Below are positions 12,521-26,368 of a DNA stretch of 64,000 bases, in pieces. Location of the stretch: NCBI RefSeq assembly GCF_009914755.1, contig NC_060930.1. One strand, 5' to 3'. Origin of the DNA: the human T2T-CHM13v2.0 reference genome, Homo sapiens. The notes under the pieces were generated by a model. That model did not search any database, was not told the origin of the DNA, and saw only the letters and a program-made list of their open reading frames with translations. Numbering within the stretch: the stretch's first letter is position 1; every line of letters starts with the position of its first letter. A program made the translations under genes and the position numbers.

Positions 12521-13833
12521 TTCAGTTAAGAACATCAGAACCAAGGCAAACATACTGATTCATTTCAAAAATCCCTATGTTAAAGGACCAGGAGTTTACC
12601 TTAACAAGAAAATGGAAAGTCTCCTTTGAAAAAGAAAACCATCACAACAATAATTCAACTTTTGTGAACCTGAAAGCTAACAAAGATAATAAAATCAGTA
12701 ATTTCAGGATAAATGTAAAATTCAGTCATTTAATGAGGTAGTTAACATTTTGAGTTTGACATATTTCTGAATGTTTTTCAACTTAATTCCATTTATACTC
12801 ATTAATTTTTTTAAAAAAAGATTTATACAGGGTAGCTATTACCTTTCCTAAAAGTATTATGTGGAAAGACAGAAGTTTATCTATCTTTAAAACTGGTGCA
12901 TGAGAGGTAGGATCTGCACTGTATGGGTTCCATGGGCCCTTCCAATTCTCACTTTTTAAATATAAGCTGTAGAACCCCAACATACCTAGGCAGTGTAGAA
13001 GTTTGGAATGGATAAATTCTAAATATCTTCCAACAGAAAATCATATGATTATGTAAAAAATAAGCTTTACTATAATTAACAAAAATGTCAAAAGTCAAAT
13101 CTAGAAAAGCAATTAGTCTGTCTTCCAGAGGCAAGAAGGTAATACAAAAAAGAAACCTTGAAAAATTAAGAGATTGTAGATGCAGCCAAAAATGTGAGAT
13201 TTGGAACATAGCGCTTCACTTAAAAAGAATAAAGTTAATTTCTTAAGAAATACCTAATGTCAAACTCATCTTGCATAACTCCTACACTGCATTATATTCT
13301 CTAAATAATTCAGTTTTTATATAAACCATTTACAGAAGAAGGTGAAGAAATATAATATTGTTTAAAGAAGCTTCCCAGAAGACCTACTGCGGCAACTATT
13401 CTTGTTATTGTCATTCATCTTTTTAAAAATACTGATGTATGTGTAAGTAGACCTGCCACTGAATAGATAAGCTTATTATAGCAGCCATTTTCTGTTCTCA
13501 TTGATTGGACATCCGTTCTAATTTCCAGACTGTCATGCCATACAGGTTGTTCAATATGTTAAATATTATTCCTGTATACCTGTATTACTATAATGTATTT
13601 TTCTGCAGTAATGTACTTTTTTGCAGTAAGTCTAATAAAAACTTATTTAAATTCATCACTTAATATAAATCAGACATAAAAATTGGTAATAAAATCAATA
13701 ATCTAAATTGTTGGGAGCTTTCAAAATTGAAAGACCACTTGCATTGTCAGTTTTATTTCAGTCTGCATTGACTGGATACTACAAATCACAACCTTTAGAC
13801 TACATAATTTTGGTACTATCAGGTATAGGTCAA

Positions 13834-14577
<744 letters not shown>

Positions 14578-14624
14578 TAAGTACGAACTCAGAGCTGGAA
14601 ACTAAAAGGGTTTTGTGGACACAA

Positions 14625-14631
14625 TTTTATT

Positions 14632-14671
<40 letters not shown>

Positions 14672-14990
14672 TTTTATTATTATTATACTTTTAGGGTACA
14701 TGTGCACAACGTGCAGGTTTGTTACATATGTATACATGTGCCATGTTGGTGTGCTGCACCCATTAACTCGTCATTTAGCATTAGGTATATTTCCTAATGC
14801 TATCCCTCATCCCTCCCCCCTCCCCCCACCCCACAACAGTCCCCGGTGTGTGATGTTCCCCTTCCTGTGTCCATGTGTTCTCATTGTTCAATTCCCACCT
14901 ATGAGTGAGAACATGCGGTGTTTGGTTTTTTGTCCTTGCAATAGTTTGCTGAGAATGATGGTTTCCAGCTTCATCCATGTCCCTACAAAG
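14625..14990 (-). mobile_element. 5'-truncated L1PA3/L1PA4 3' end with (TTTA)10 tail
   Basis: Near-consensus primate L1 3'UTR antisense (TAGGGTACATGTGCACAACGTGCAGG...CATGTCCCTACAAAG). Confidence 0.95.
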
Positions 14991-16109
14991 TCTATGTAAA
15001 AGACTCCATATGCAGTGCATAATCAAAATCTATCAAGTAGTTGATCTTATGTAAAAAAAAAAATTATTGCTTCACACAGGCAAGATGATTATCTAAGTTT
15101 TGAGAAATGAGGACTTGGTAAGTACAGCATCTATTAAAATAATTAGAAAAAGGATAAAAATTCACACTCAATTTCTGTGGATTACTCTATCAAGTTTAAT
15201 AATGCTTCTATAGTTTTATGCAATAATTAGACCTCCAATGTGGATTCATAGAGAACAATATGTAGAAATCTACTGCGTTCTAGTATATAAGAAATACCTA
15301 GATAAAGTAATAATTTAACAATCTGTAAACTTATAACAGATATTTAGCTATTTTAACAAGCAGATAAAGACTGGTACTATATTTTATAAGTAGAAACATG
15401 CCATAAAACAGAAAAAAAATGAGTATATCATTCTACCAGTTACTAAAAAAATGTACAAAATAATAATAATATAAAACTGCTCACTTTAGTAACTGAATGA
15501 TTTCTCATAAACTCATTGGGCACTCTGCTACTATAATCTTATCTAAAAAATTTATAAAACATGTTTTTGGACATTTTTCTAATTTAGTAAAACATTTACT
15601 ATGAATATATTAATACTAATCTGTTATTAATATAATATTGATATTAATATGGTTATACTTTCGTTATATTATATATTATCACTTTTTGTTTTTAGATCTA
15701 TAAGCTTGGTGACCTTATAGGAGGAATAGAAATACATTTGGGATCATTTTATAATTTTATTGTATAGTTTTATATTTTTGGAGATTGCATATGAAGATTG
15801 TTTGAGAACTGGGTCATTAATGACCGTGAACTATTCAAAGTATACATCTAAGCAGAGGTAACTGGTACAAGTGAGGCGGAGGGCTAGGCATTTATACTTA
15901 TACTCTGATAGAATATTAACAATCAGCACTGTAATATATGTGCTTTTTGCTTTTGACAAGGGTGACTGAGAAAGCCCTACAATTTAGGGGATACCTATAT
16001 TTAATGTGAGTGTGGAACTGGATCACAGCAGGTCATACTCCTGCACGAGAATTGGGGCTTTTAAGAGCACACACAGTAAATTCTTACTATTAGAAAAAAA
16101 AAAAGAAGA

Positions 16110-16443
<334 letters not shown>

Positions 16444-17349
16444 TCAATTTATGTTTTGGAGTCCAGAGTGACAGCTACTGTAGTGGAAAATGTAGAGCTA
16501 ACATTTTTTTGTTCACTAGAACATTTCAATTTCAGTAACAAATTATTATAATGAATGAGATCAATAAGGCATGTATTATTAAAAGATAGTCTACACCATA
16601 TTTTTCAATCATAAATGAAATCATAAGAGGAAGGCTTATTCATGGAGAAAACAAGAAATGATGTTGCAAATTAGTTAAATTCTTAAGCACTATTTCATAA
16701 ACAAAGGCAAAGAGAAAGTTTTTGAGAAGTAATATATTTTAAAATATTTCTCTTTCAGTAGGAAACTTATTCTCTGGACATCATGGAACTCTCCTGCTTC
16801 TGAACACAGACCTACACCTCCACATAGCCATCAAAGAGCAGGACCCTCTCATGATCCTGTAGGTATGTCACCGTGAACCCAAGAGTCTTACTATTCAAGC
16901 AGCTACACACAGAGTTCGTAATATCTCTCAGGAAACTGGCCTCTTTGCTCTCAATTGTTGTGGTCCCAGTCCACAAATAATCATCTCATCACCTTTACTC
17001 ACTTGAATACTCTCGTCCCCTTGTTTTTCTCCCATGAGCACTAACATCTTACCACTAATAACTTAGTCCAAATTTTCCCACTCATCACATTCTTGCCTAG
17101 TTTTCTCTACAACTTTTCTCCCTTTAACCCTTACCAATAGCCTCCATTCTCAGTGTTCTGGATCCTACTCCTTCACCTCTTTTAATAAATGCTTCTTTTT
17201 CTGTAAGCGGTTTTTATTTCTCTTTACTTCTTTAAATTCACTGAATTTAGGACTTGATGACCCATGATGCTACTACACTGTCTCCTAATGCTTACTCCAT
17301 TTAGTAAGCCAATTTTACCACTGTAGACTAGTAATCTATGGTCTGCAAT

Positions 17350-17650
17350 TCTCCTACGTTTTGGTCATCATTTTATCTGTCTACAATCCCACAGATCTAT
17401 TTCCATCTTCTTAGCTGAGTTTAGTACCCAACTCACGGGCATCATTGCAAAGTTCTCCGCCATCTTCATAGCAATTTCAACAAACATATCAATAATTCCC
17501 CAGACTTCTTCACTACCTCCAGTCCTAAATATCAGCACTGCTTAAGTGAGCAATTACTTATCCTATATGCACATTTAAAATATTAATTTACATCATCAAG
17601 ATCAACCTCTTCAGCCTAGCTGAAGTCTTTCATTATCTGACTACCATTCT
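17350..17650 (+). mobile_element. Probable L2 ORF2 (endonuclease-region) relic
   Basis: Degenerate similarity (GAGTTTAGTACCCAACTCAC..CAATTTCAACAAACATATCAATAAT..TCTGACTACCAT). Confidence 0.4.
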
Positions 17651-18234
17651 TACCAATAGTAACAGGGCTAGTAAGATTTGCAAAGATCACATTAGAAGTA
17701 ACACATGTCCAGAAATGCCTGGCAACCTACTCCAAAGGACTTTTCAGAAGTCTATCTGAATAATAAATTTAAAGACTCCCTGGAAACAATTTCAGAAATT
17801 ATTCAAAAGGAAGAATCAATGTCCACAACCTTGTCTAAGATAATGTATCAACTTGGAAGAAAAGGGATGATTTCTAATAACTTCGAGTTCCTGAGCTCCA
17901 ACTCCATGGATTTGGGACTGATTCTGGGTATGGCAAAGATGTAGCAAAAGGTATATTCTAAATATCTAGAGAGGGAAAAGCTGACATTACTGGAACACAA
18001 TAGACCCATCTAAATACATTTTATCAGGTATGTAGATTACTGAACAAACTTTCCAGTTTTATACATTGTACAACAGTGAAACTTCGCTTGTGTGGAGAAT
18101 ACCGTTGTCATTTACAAGCCATATTCCTGCTATCCCCAAACACAATATTGTTTGCAAATGTCACTGAGAGGAGAAGCTGTAGTGTAAAAAAAATTCAAGT
18201 AGAATTTATATTTGAGATATTGAGAATATGACTC

Positions 18235-18646
18235 ACAAATTCTCCTATGGTTCTGGAAGTCTGAAGTCTAAAACGTCTTAGGGGTCTAAAATCAAGGTGT
18301 CAAAACCTCAGTTCCCTCTGAAGGCTCCAGGTAACAATCTGTTCCTTCCTTCCCCCACTTCAGTGTCTGCTGATATTACTTAGCTGTGGCCACATTACTT
18401 TAATTGCTGCTTCAGTCACCACAGTGCCTCTGCTCTTCTGCTATTAAATCTAATTCTACCTCCCTCTTCTAAGGACACTTGTGATTGTATGTATGGCCTA
18501 CCCAGATAATCCAGTATAAACTCTCCTTCTCAAGATGCTTAATTTAATCACAACTACAAAGTCAATCTCGCCATACAAAGTAACATTCACAGTTTCCAGA
18601 GATTAGGATGTGGTTGTCTTTGGAGGCCATTTTTCAGCTAACCACA
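18235..18646 (-). mobile_element. MLT1C/MLT1D LTR
   Basis: AAGGACACTTGTGATTG..CCCAGATAATCCAG..TTAATTTAATCACA..GATTAGGATGTGG..TAACCACA. Confidence 0.8.
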
Positions 18647-19820
18647 ATGTAAGTGCCAAAGCACACCCTGGTCTTTCCACAGGAATAATTGGGAAATATT
18701 AAATAACACTAGTCACAATGCAGTAGCAGCAAAGCTGAAGAGGCAGCTTTCTCGTAATGTTGGCATCATGGGGCATCATCAGGCACTTATTGGTGGGTGG
18801 GCTGGGGGCAGTGGCAGTGGCATTCACAGTGTGTCTGACAACCCATATGATGATTTTCCCGTGTAATCTAGAGTGTCGTAGTAAACATGGGGTTAACAAT
18901 TTTATTTTGTTCAGTTTTCTTTGTCCTGGTGTCTGATAGTTACATGCCCTACACCCTGTATGCTCAATTTCTGATAACCCCCTTCTGACATTTCTTCTCC
19001 TCTCCTGAAACTCCTTCCTTTTTGGTCCTGTACCTTTTTCAGTGCTAGCTATTCAAATTTACAATATCCCCCTGATGGTTTTCTACTTTTCCCCTCATAT
19101 GCTTATCTCACCTCCCCGTTCTCTATATGTCTTAGCTTTTTGAATCATAATCACATAGTTTGGCATTTCTTGCAAGTTTTAATTTTTGCTTGTTTTAAAA
19201 ATTATATTTCTCAGTTGGATTGTTTCTTTCTACAGAATAGAGTAGAATACTCTACACACAAGGGAACACTAAGCAAATACTATATAATTCATTTATTCAA
19301 ATTCCTTATTTGGTTACCTGGAGAAACATGGAAACTTCTAGAATTCCAGGTCCATAGATTATGATGATGAAATTGACTAAGTGCCCATAATAATAGCTTA
19401 AAACCATGTGCATATTAGCTACAAATAATATAAAAATAATAGTAATGATAGTAATAAGTATTTTAAAAAGAATTCTGACTTTAATGAGGGAGTTCAATAA
19501 AGAGTCAATTTGGATATGCTGTTATTAATATCTGTTCTTCCACATTGCAGCTGCAATCATCACAAATGCTTGAGTCTAGAGCTCAAAATAATTTTTTGTA
19601 GAAGTAAATTTATTATAGAAGGTGAAACAACAGCTCTACTTGGTACCCTAATCCATATGGTTCAGGAGGAAATCCTCCACAAAACACTTGACTAAATGCT
19701 TGATGCTGGCCTTGAAGAAGTAGTTTCTTTTTGGACTATGAAGAGATTAAGTTATATACTGAACCATGAAATCTAATTGTTCTTAATATTTATAAAAATA
19801 AATCTCAGGTTCTCCTGGGC

Positions 19821-20824
19821 ATGGGCCTTATTTGTTCAGGATATTTTTTCCACATGAAACAGCATCATGTGTATCTAGAGCTAAATAGAAACAAAAATAA
19901 GTAATGCAAAAAGTTGTTGCTAAACAAACGTCATTCAGTTTTTTTAGAAGCCAAATGAAAAATGTTTCTCAAGGACAACCAAATAGTGAATTTCAAATAT
20001 GGATTTTGTGTTACATCAAAGTGACTTTCATTATTTGTTCTAAGTACATAAAAGCCATTCTAAAGAGAAGCTTTGTTCTTGTATTGTAGTAAATATAAAA
20101 ACAATCATTAATTTATTCCCTCTGTGACCTTTACATACAAATGATCACTTATCCTTAATTTTACCATTTTGTCTTAAAGGTATTTCAGTAATACTTAATC
20201 CTTCCTAAACTTAATAAAACTCTTTGTGATTCTAAAAAGTAACTACAAAAGTTTGCATGTTTTTCTACTTGATAGGTTTCCCTCAAATTGAATTTGTGTT
20301 TAACTATGTAAATTGATTTTTTCCCATTACCTAACAGATTTTAAAGAAAAAAATTAAGAATTTTAACTGTTGCAGGAGTGTTGAATCTTTTATTCTAAAA
20401 TGGGTCAATTCTAGAACTGGAATACATGAATCATTAAATGACAGAAACTATGTAGATAGTGATATATGGGTATCTATGAATACCAATAATTTAAGGGACT
20501 ATATAAGGGAACCAGGGCACAAATATTTTGAAATGAAATCATCACAAAATAGAACCACAGAATATAGAAATATGATCTGAGTACTTATCTTAGCTCTCCA
20601 CTCCATTGTGCACTATCACAAATTAAGGCCAGGAAAACTCAACACAGGAATGTAAAAAGAAAAAGAAAATGGACCTTATTTGTTCAGGATATTTTTTCCA
20701 CGCGAAACAGCATCACGTATATCTAGAGCTAAGTAGAAACAAGAAGAAATAATGCAAAAAGTTGTTGCTAAACAAATATAAGTCAGTTTTTTAGAAGCCA
20801 AATGAAAACTTTTTCTCAAGGACA
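19821..20824. repeat. Dispersed direct duplication of 157 bp (19821-19977 and 20669-20824), ~90% identical
   Basis: Manual alignment: 15 mismatches and 1 gap. Confidence 0.95.
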
Positions 20825-22137
20825 TTTTTCTCAAAATTCAATCCACAATCCTTGAAAATATAAATGGAAGATGTTTTGCACAATATAGAACATATCAGAA
20901 ATAATGTTATAACACATATAATTAAGAAAGAGAAGTTTTAGTGCTAACCAGAAGAGAGCATTTTTTAAATAAAATCAAAATTTCAGTATCTAAAGTTATT
21001 AATATGTGCAGTAAATGTAGCTTGCTCTGATGTTTTAAGTTAATTTAAAAGACAACTTTTAGTGGTCTTTTTTTCAGTAAATTAGCTAATAATTATATTT
21101 TTATGTTAACCTTCAGATAACATCTTATTGGAGTATATTTAAATATAACTCAGTTCTGGTACAAGCCAAATCTCAGTTAAAAAAAAAAAAAAGACAGAAA
21201 ATTCCACTATGCTATCTTGCCTGACTGCTTTATCAGTAAACTGACAATGTCACTCATGACAATTGAACATATATCACAGATTATACAGATAAAAAAGTAG
21301 AGATATTAAGAATCCAAACCTCCTTCTAATATGAATTTTTTAAAACAAACTAATATAGCCTATTGACTTTCAGATAAAGGTTGTTAAATAAACATATGCA
21401 TTATTTTAACATTCTCCTAAAACTTGATTAAACTTTAGTGACATCTGTTAAGACATAAACTCATTAAAACAATCAGAATTGAAAACCAGATTAAGAAATG
21501 TGTGACAGATGGAAAAAATGATAACTCACTTAGCATATTGAGACAGCTGAATCTTAAATTAGAAGTGCAAGAAGTTCAAGAAATAATTTCATTTAAACAT
21601 AGATCCCTAAATACCTGAGGAATTGGTAAAATAAGGTATTTTTGTAAATGGATTGAACATGACACTAAAAATATAAAAACTGGTTCCAAATCTGCTTAAA
21701 AAGTAATTTGAATATGCTACTATTGGACTCTAAGGAAATGGGGGGAAATTAGACACATTCAAGCAAAAACACTAAGCCACCAATAAGGAAAAAATGTTAA
21801 AATGGCTTCACATTTTTCAACAATATTTTATAACACAGAAAGTAGATCATATCTCCAAATCTGCTGCAATTTCACACCCCTCTTCTCTCCAAACCATTCC
21901 TTTATACCCAGAGTTAAAGGTAGATAATCAGAAAAATATCTATCTTTAACCCCTTTTCCAAAAAGTTCCCTCTACCTTGCTCCAGTGGAAAATTGACTAT
22001 TCCCTGATGCCATTGCTTTTCCTCAATCCTTCTTTGGAGACTGCTTTCTCTTCTTGCCTTTTATGGAGTAGGAATGAGTGTACTCCTTACCCCTTCAATT
22101 CCTCCTTTGAAGCTCATTCATTCAGACTGTAACATCA

Positions 22138-22465
22138 TATGCTAAATGTAATATTGACCCCCAAAGAGAACCAGGTCCTAATCCCTAGAACGTAGAATAT
22201 TATCTTATATGACAAAGACTTTGCAGATGTGATTTAAGTTGAGCATCTTGAGATGGGGAGAGTACCACGAATTATTTTCATCGGTAGATCCTAACTGCAA
22301 TTACGTATGTTAAGACAAGGAAATAAATCTTCCCCTCAGAGGCTCCAGAGTAACCAGACCTGCTTACATCTAGGCATTAGCCCAGTGAAAGTAATTTTGG
22401 AATTCTCATTTCTAGAACTACAAGTTGGTGGTCTTTTTTTACAGCAGCAATAGGAAACTAATACA
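22138..22465 (+). mobile_element. MLT1D-like solo LTR, internally deleted
   Basis: CCCCCAAAG..GTCCTAATCCCTAGAAC..GACTTTGCAGATGTGATT..ACAGCAGCAATAGGAAACTAATACA. Confidence 0.8.
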
Positions 22466-22668
22466 TCAATGTTGGATATAGTCAACTACGGATGTCCAGG
22501 CCACCCAATGTCACCTCTTTCCAGGAAGATTTTAGTACCTGGCTTACTATCTTGTTCACTGATACTACGCTTGTAATGATTTTTATGAACTAAGTATTCA
22601 CTGATATTACTATATTTTACTGACTCTTCCCAAATCTTCGTCTTAATTCCTTGTCCTCCTCACCCCTT

Positions 22669-22746
22669 CTTGCTGCCACCATGTGAAAAAGGATGTGTTT
22701 GCTTCCCGTTCCTCCATGATTGTAAGTTTCCTTAGGCCTCCCAGCC
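22669..22746 (+). mobile_element. 78-bp THE1 LTR fragment, an inverted copy of 24041-24119
   Basis: 3 mismatches and 1 gap versus the reverse complement of the left THE1 LTR. Confidence 0.9.
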
Positions 22747-23921
22747 TGTTCATCCTGCCCTCTGCATCACATAAGAAAATAACTCACAAAGTCATCCCCT
22801 GTCACTATCAGTAAGTAGGATCTCTCTCATCATCCATAATTTTAATTTCTAAGATCTTATTCGCTGAACGTCACCTCTATCTTTCCATCTCATTACTTAC
22901 ACTCCCTCCTCAGTAATCTTTTGGCCTATGAGCATTTCCAATCGATTAACACTACCTCTTTCTCTTCCTTCACTTATCTCATGTTGTCCATTCTTCAGCC
23001 ATTCATTATAATCAGTCTCCTATATACACTCTCAATCCCCTTGTCAGTCTCCCTATACAATACTTTTTTGTCATAATCCCTAACTTGATTGACTCCAATC
23101 TCTGTCCAGTCTACAGTCTGCACTGACATATAAATAGCTGAGTAAAACTAGAGAACAGATACAAAATTTTGTTGATTGCTCTCAATTTAAATTCATAACC
23201 ACTACTCCCAAGTGAGCATTTAGTGTTGGCTATAATTTCAATTATATTTTCTTTTACTTTAATCACCCATTTATGACATGTATATTTCAATATAGATTAA
23301 AAGGCAAGAGTTTTGTGTGTTTTGCATACAAATGCATTCCTAGAAATTTAAATAGTTCCCGGTACATAACAGACATTAATAGTGTATATTATTAATAAGT
23401 TAAGTTTACATGATTTTTTCTTCTGAAACTCCAACAGTTTCTTAACCCTCCTAATTTTAAGGTGATTATTTTGCTTATTTCATCAAAAAAGAGAGAGAAA
23501 ATGAGAAATTAAGGCCCACACAAATAGAATTCAATTTTTTAAAACTAAACACTTTTTACCAACATACCAAGACAATTCAATGCAGGAAGGCGAGCCTTTT
23601 AAACAAATGGTGCTGGAAAAATTGGAAGTGAATTAATGAAAACATAAAACTACAAAACCTCTAGAAGAAAATAAAAGCATTTTAACATTAAGTTACGCAC
23701 AGATTAGGTACAGCACCAAAAGTGTAAACCATGAAGAAAAAATCAATAAATTGGACTTAATCAAAATTAAGCTTTTGCTTTATGAATTCTGTTAAATGAA
23801 TGTGAAGACAAGCCACAGACTGGGAGAAAATATTTTCAAATCACATTTCTAACAAAAGTCTTGTATTCAGAACATATTTTAAAACTTTCGAAACTTAACA
23901 ACAGAAAAGATGCAACCAAAT

Positions 23922-26368
23922 CTTTTTCTTTTTATTTATGTTTTGTAGAGGTTAGTCTGTTCTCCCACTGCTAATAAAGACATACCTGAGGCTGGGTAAT
24001 TTATACAGGAAAGAAATTTAATTGACTCTTAGTTCAGCATGGCTGGGGAGGCCTAAGGAAACTTACAATCATGGAGGAAGGGGAAGCAAACATATCCTTT
24101 TTCACATGGCGGCAGCAAGGAGAAGTGCCAAGTGAACAGGGGGAGAAGCCCCTTATAAAACCATCATATATTGTAAGAACTCACTCATGATCACCAGAAT
24201 GGCATGGAAGTAACTGCCCCCAGGATTCAATTACCTACCACTGGGTCTCTCTCATGACACATGGGAATTATGGGAACTACAATTCAAGATGAGATTTGGG
24301 TGGGGACACAGCCAAACCATATCATTCCATCTCTGGCTCCTCCCAAATCTCATGTCCTCACCTTTCAAAACACAATTATGCCTCTCCAACAGTCTCCCAA
24401 AGTCTTAGCTCATTCCAGCATTAACCCAAAAGTCCAGGTCCAAAGTCTCATCTGAGACAAGACAAGTCCCTTACACCTATGAGCCTATAAAATCAAAAGC
24501 AAGTTATTACTTTCTAGATACAATGGGAGTACAGGCATTGAGTAAATGCACCCTTTCCAAATGGGAGAAATTGGCCAAAACAAAGGGACTACAGGCCCCT
24601 ATAGGGTAGTCATTAAACCTTAAAGTTCCAAAATAATCTCCTTTGACTCCATGTCTCACATCCCAGTCATGCCGATGCAAGAGCTGGGCTCCCATGGCCT
24701 TAGGCAGCTTCACCCCTGTGGCTTTGCAGGGTACAGTCCCCCAACCCTGGCTGCTTTCACAGGCTGGTGTTGTGGGTCTATGGCTTTTCCATGCACACAG
24801 TGCAGGCTGTTGGTGGGTCTACCATTTTGGGGTCTGGAGGATGGTGGCCCTCTTCTCACAGCTCCATCAGGCAGTGCCCCATTGGGAACTCAGTATGGGG
24901 GCTTCCATTTGACATTTCCCTTCCCTACTGCCCTAGTAGAAGTTCTCCATGAGGCTACCAACCTTGCAACAGACTTCTGCCTGGACATCCGAGAATTTCC
25001 ATACATCCTCTGTAATCTAGGTGGAGGTTCCCTAAACTCAATTCTTGACTTCTGTGTATCCACAAGCCCAACACCATGTGTAAGTCCTCAAGCCCAGGAG
25101 CTTGCAACCTCTGAAGCAACAGCCTGAGATACACATTGGCCCCTTTTAGCCACAGCTGGAGCTGAAGAAGCTGGGACACAGGGCACAATGTTCAGAGGTT
25201 GCACAGAGAAGGGGTGCCCTGGGCCCAGCCCACAAAACCATTTTCCCTCCGAGCCCTCCAGGCCTGTGATGGGAGGGGCTGCTGTGAAGGTCTCTGACAA
25301 GCCTAGAGATATTTTTTCCATCCTCTTGGTGATTAACATTTGGTTCCTCATTACTTATGCAAATTTCTGCAGCCCACTTGAATTTCTGCCCAGAAAATGG
25401 GGTCTTGTTTTCTATCACATTGTCAGGCTGCAAATATTCCAGACTTTCATGGTCTGCTTTCTCTTGAATGCTTTGCCACCTACAAATTTCTTTTACCAGA
25501 TACCCTAAATAATCTCCCAAATTCAAAGTTCCACAGATCTCTAGCACAGGAGCAAAATGCCACCATTCTCTTTGCATAGCAAGACTGACCTTTATACTCC
25601 AGTTCCCAACCAGTTTCTCCTCTCCTTCTGAAACCACCTCAGCCCGGACTTTATTGTCCATATCACATCAGCATTTTGGTCAAAGCCATTCAACAAGTCT
25701 CTAGGAAGTTCCAAACTTTCCCACATCTTCCTGTCTTCTGAGCCCTCCATCTCTCTAGGATGTTCCCAATTTTCCTGCATTTTCCTGTCTTCTTCTGAGC
25801 CCTCCAAATTGTTCCAACCTCTGCTGTTACTCATTTCCAAAGTTGCTTCTACATTTTCAGGTATCTTTACAGCAGCACCTCACTCTACTGGTACCAATTT
25901 ATTGTATTAGTTTGTTGTCATGCTGCTGATAAAGACATACCTGAGATGGGTAATTTATGAAGGAAAAAGTATTAATTGACTCAGTTCCACAGGGCTGAGG
26001 AGGCCTCAGGAAACTTACAATCATGGAGGAAGGGTAAGCAAACACCTCCTTCTTCACGTGGAGGCTGCAAGGTGAAGTACAGAGCAAAGAGGGAGAGAAG
26101 TCCCTTACAAAACCATTGGATCTCATAAGAACTCACTCACTATCACTAGAACAGCATGGAGGTAACTGCCTCCGTGATTCAATTACCTCCCACTGGGTCA
26201 CTCCCATGACAAGTGGGGATTATGGGAACTAAAATTAAAAATGAGATTTTTGGTGGGGACACAGCCAAACCATATTAGATGGGGTCTCACTCTGTTGCCT
26301 GGATTGGTCATGAACACCTCAGCCTCCCAAAGCTCTGGGATTGCAAGTGTGAGCCAGCATGCCTGACC
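23922..26368 (-). mobile_element. FLAM/AluJ monomer split by the THE1 insertion (23922-23951 and 26278-26368)
   Basis: T-rich tail and TTTTGTAGAG left of THE1; GATGGGGTCTCACTCTGTTGCC..CCTCAGCCTCCCAAAG..GTGAGCC on the right. Confidence 0.75.
23952..26277 (-). mobile_element. Full THE1C/THE1D MaLR element: 3' LTR 23952-24324, internal 24325-25902, 5' LTR 25903-26277
   Basis: Two ~375-bp LTRs ending CAGCCAAACCATAT(C/T)A. The internal region ends CACTCTACTGGTACCAATTTA. MaLR ORF relic MDNKVRAEVVSEGEEKLVGNWS at 25146-25661 (-). Confidence 0.95.

Larger units (their letters stand above)
21960..23240 (+). mobile_element. L2 ORF2 relic interrupted by MLT1D and by a THE1-derived fragment
   Basis: L2-like motifs (CCTCCTTTGAAGCTCAT; GAAGATTTTAGTACCTGGCT; TTTAAATTCATAACCACT). 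Confidence 0.5.

Noticed and set aside
17705-17944. 79-aa ORF and other short hydrophobic or AT-rich ORFs
   Set aside because: No recognisable homology, splice context or coding signature; lengths are within chance expectation
25698-25810. ~54-bp tandem duplication in the THE1 internal region
   Set aside because: As I recall, this duplication occurs in THE1C/D internal consensus variants, so it is probably not locus-specific
24651-25840. Overlapping 100-171-aa ORFs
   Set aside because: THE1 internal-region ORF relics and their antisense frames, broken by stops and frameshifts
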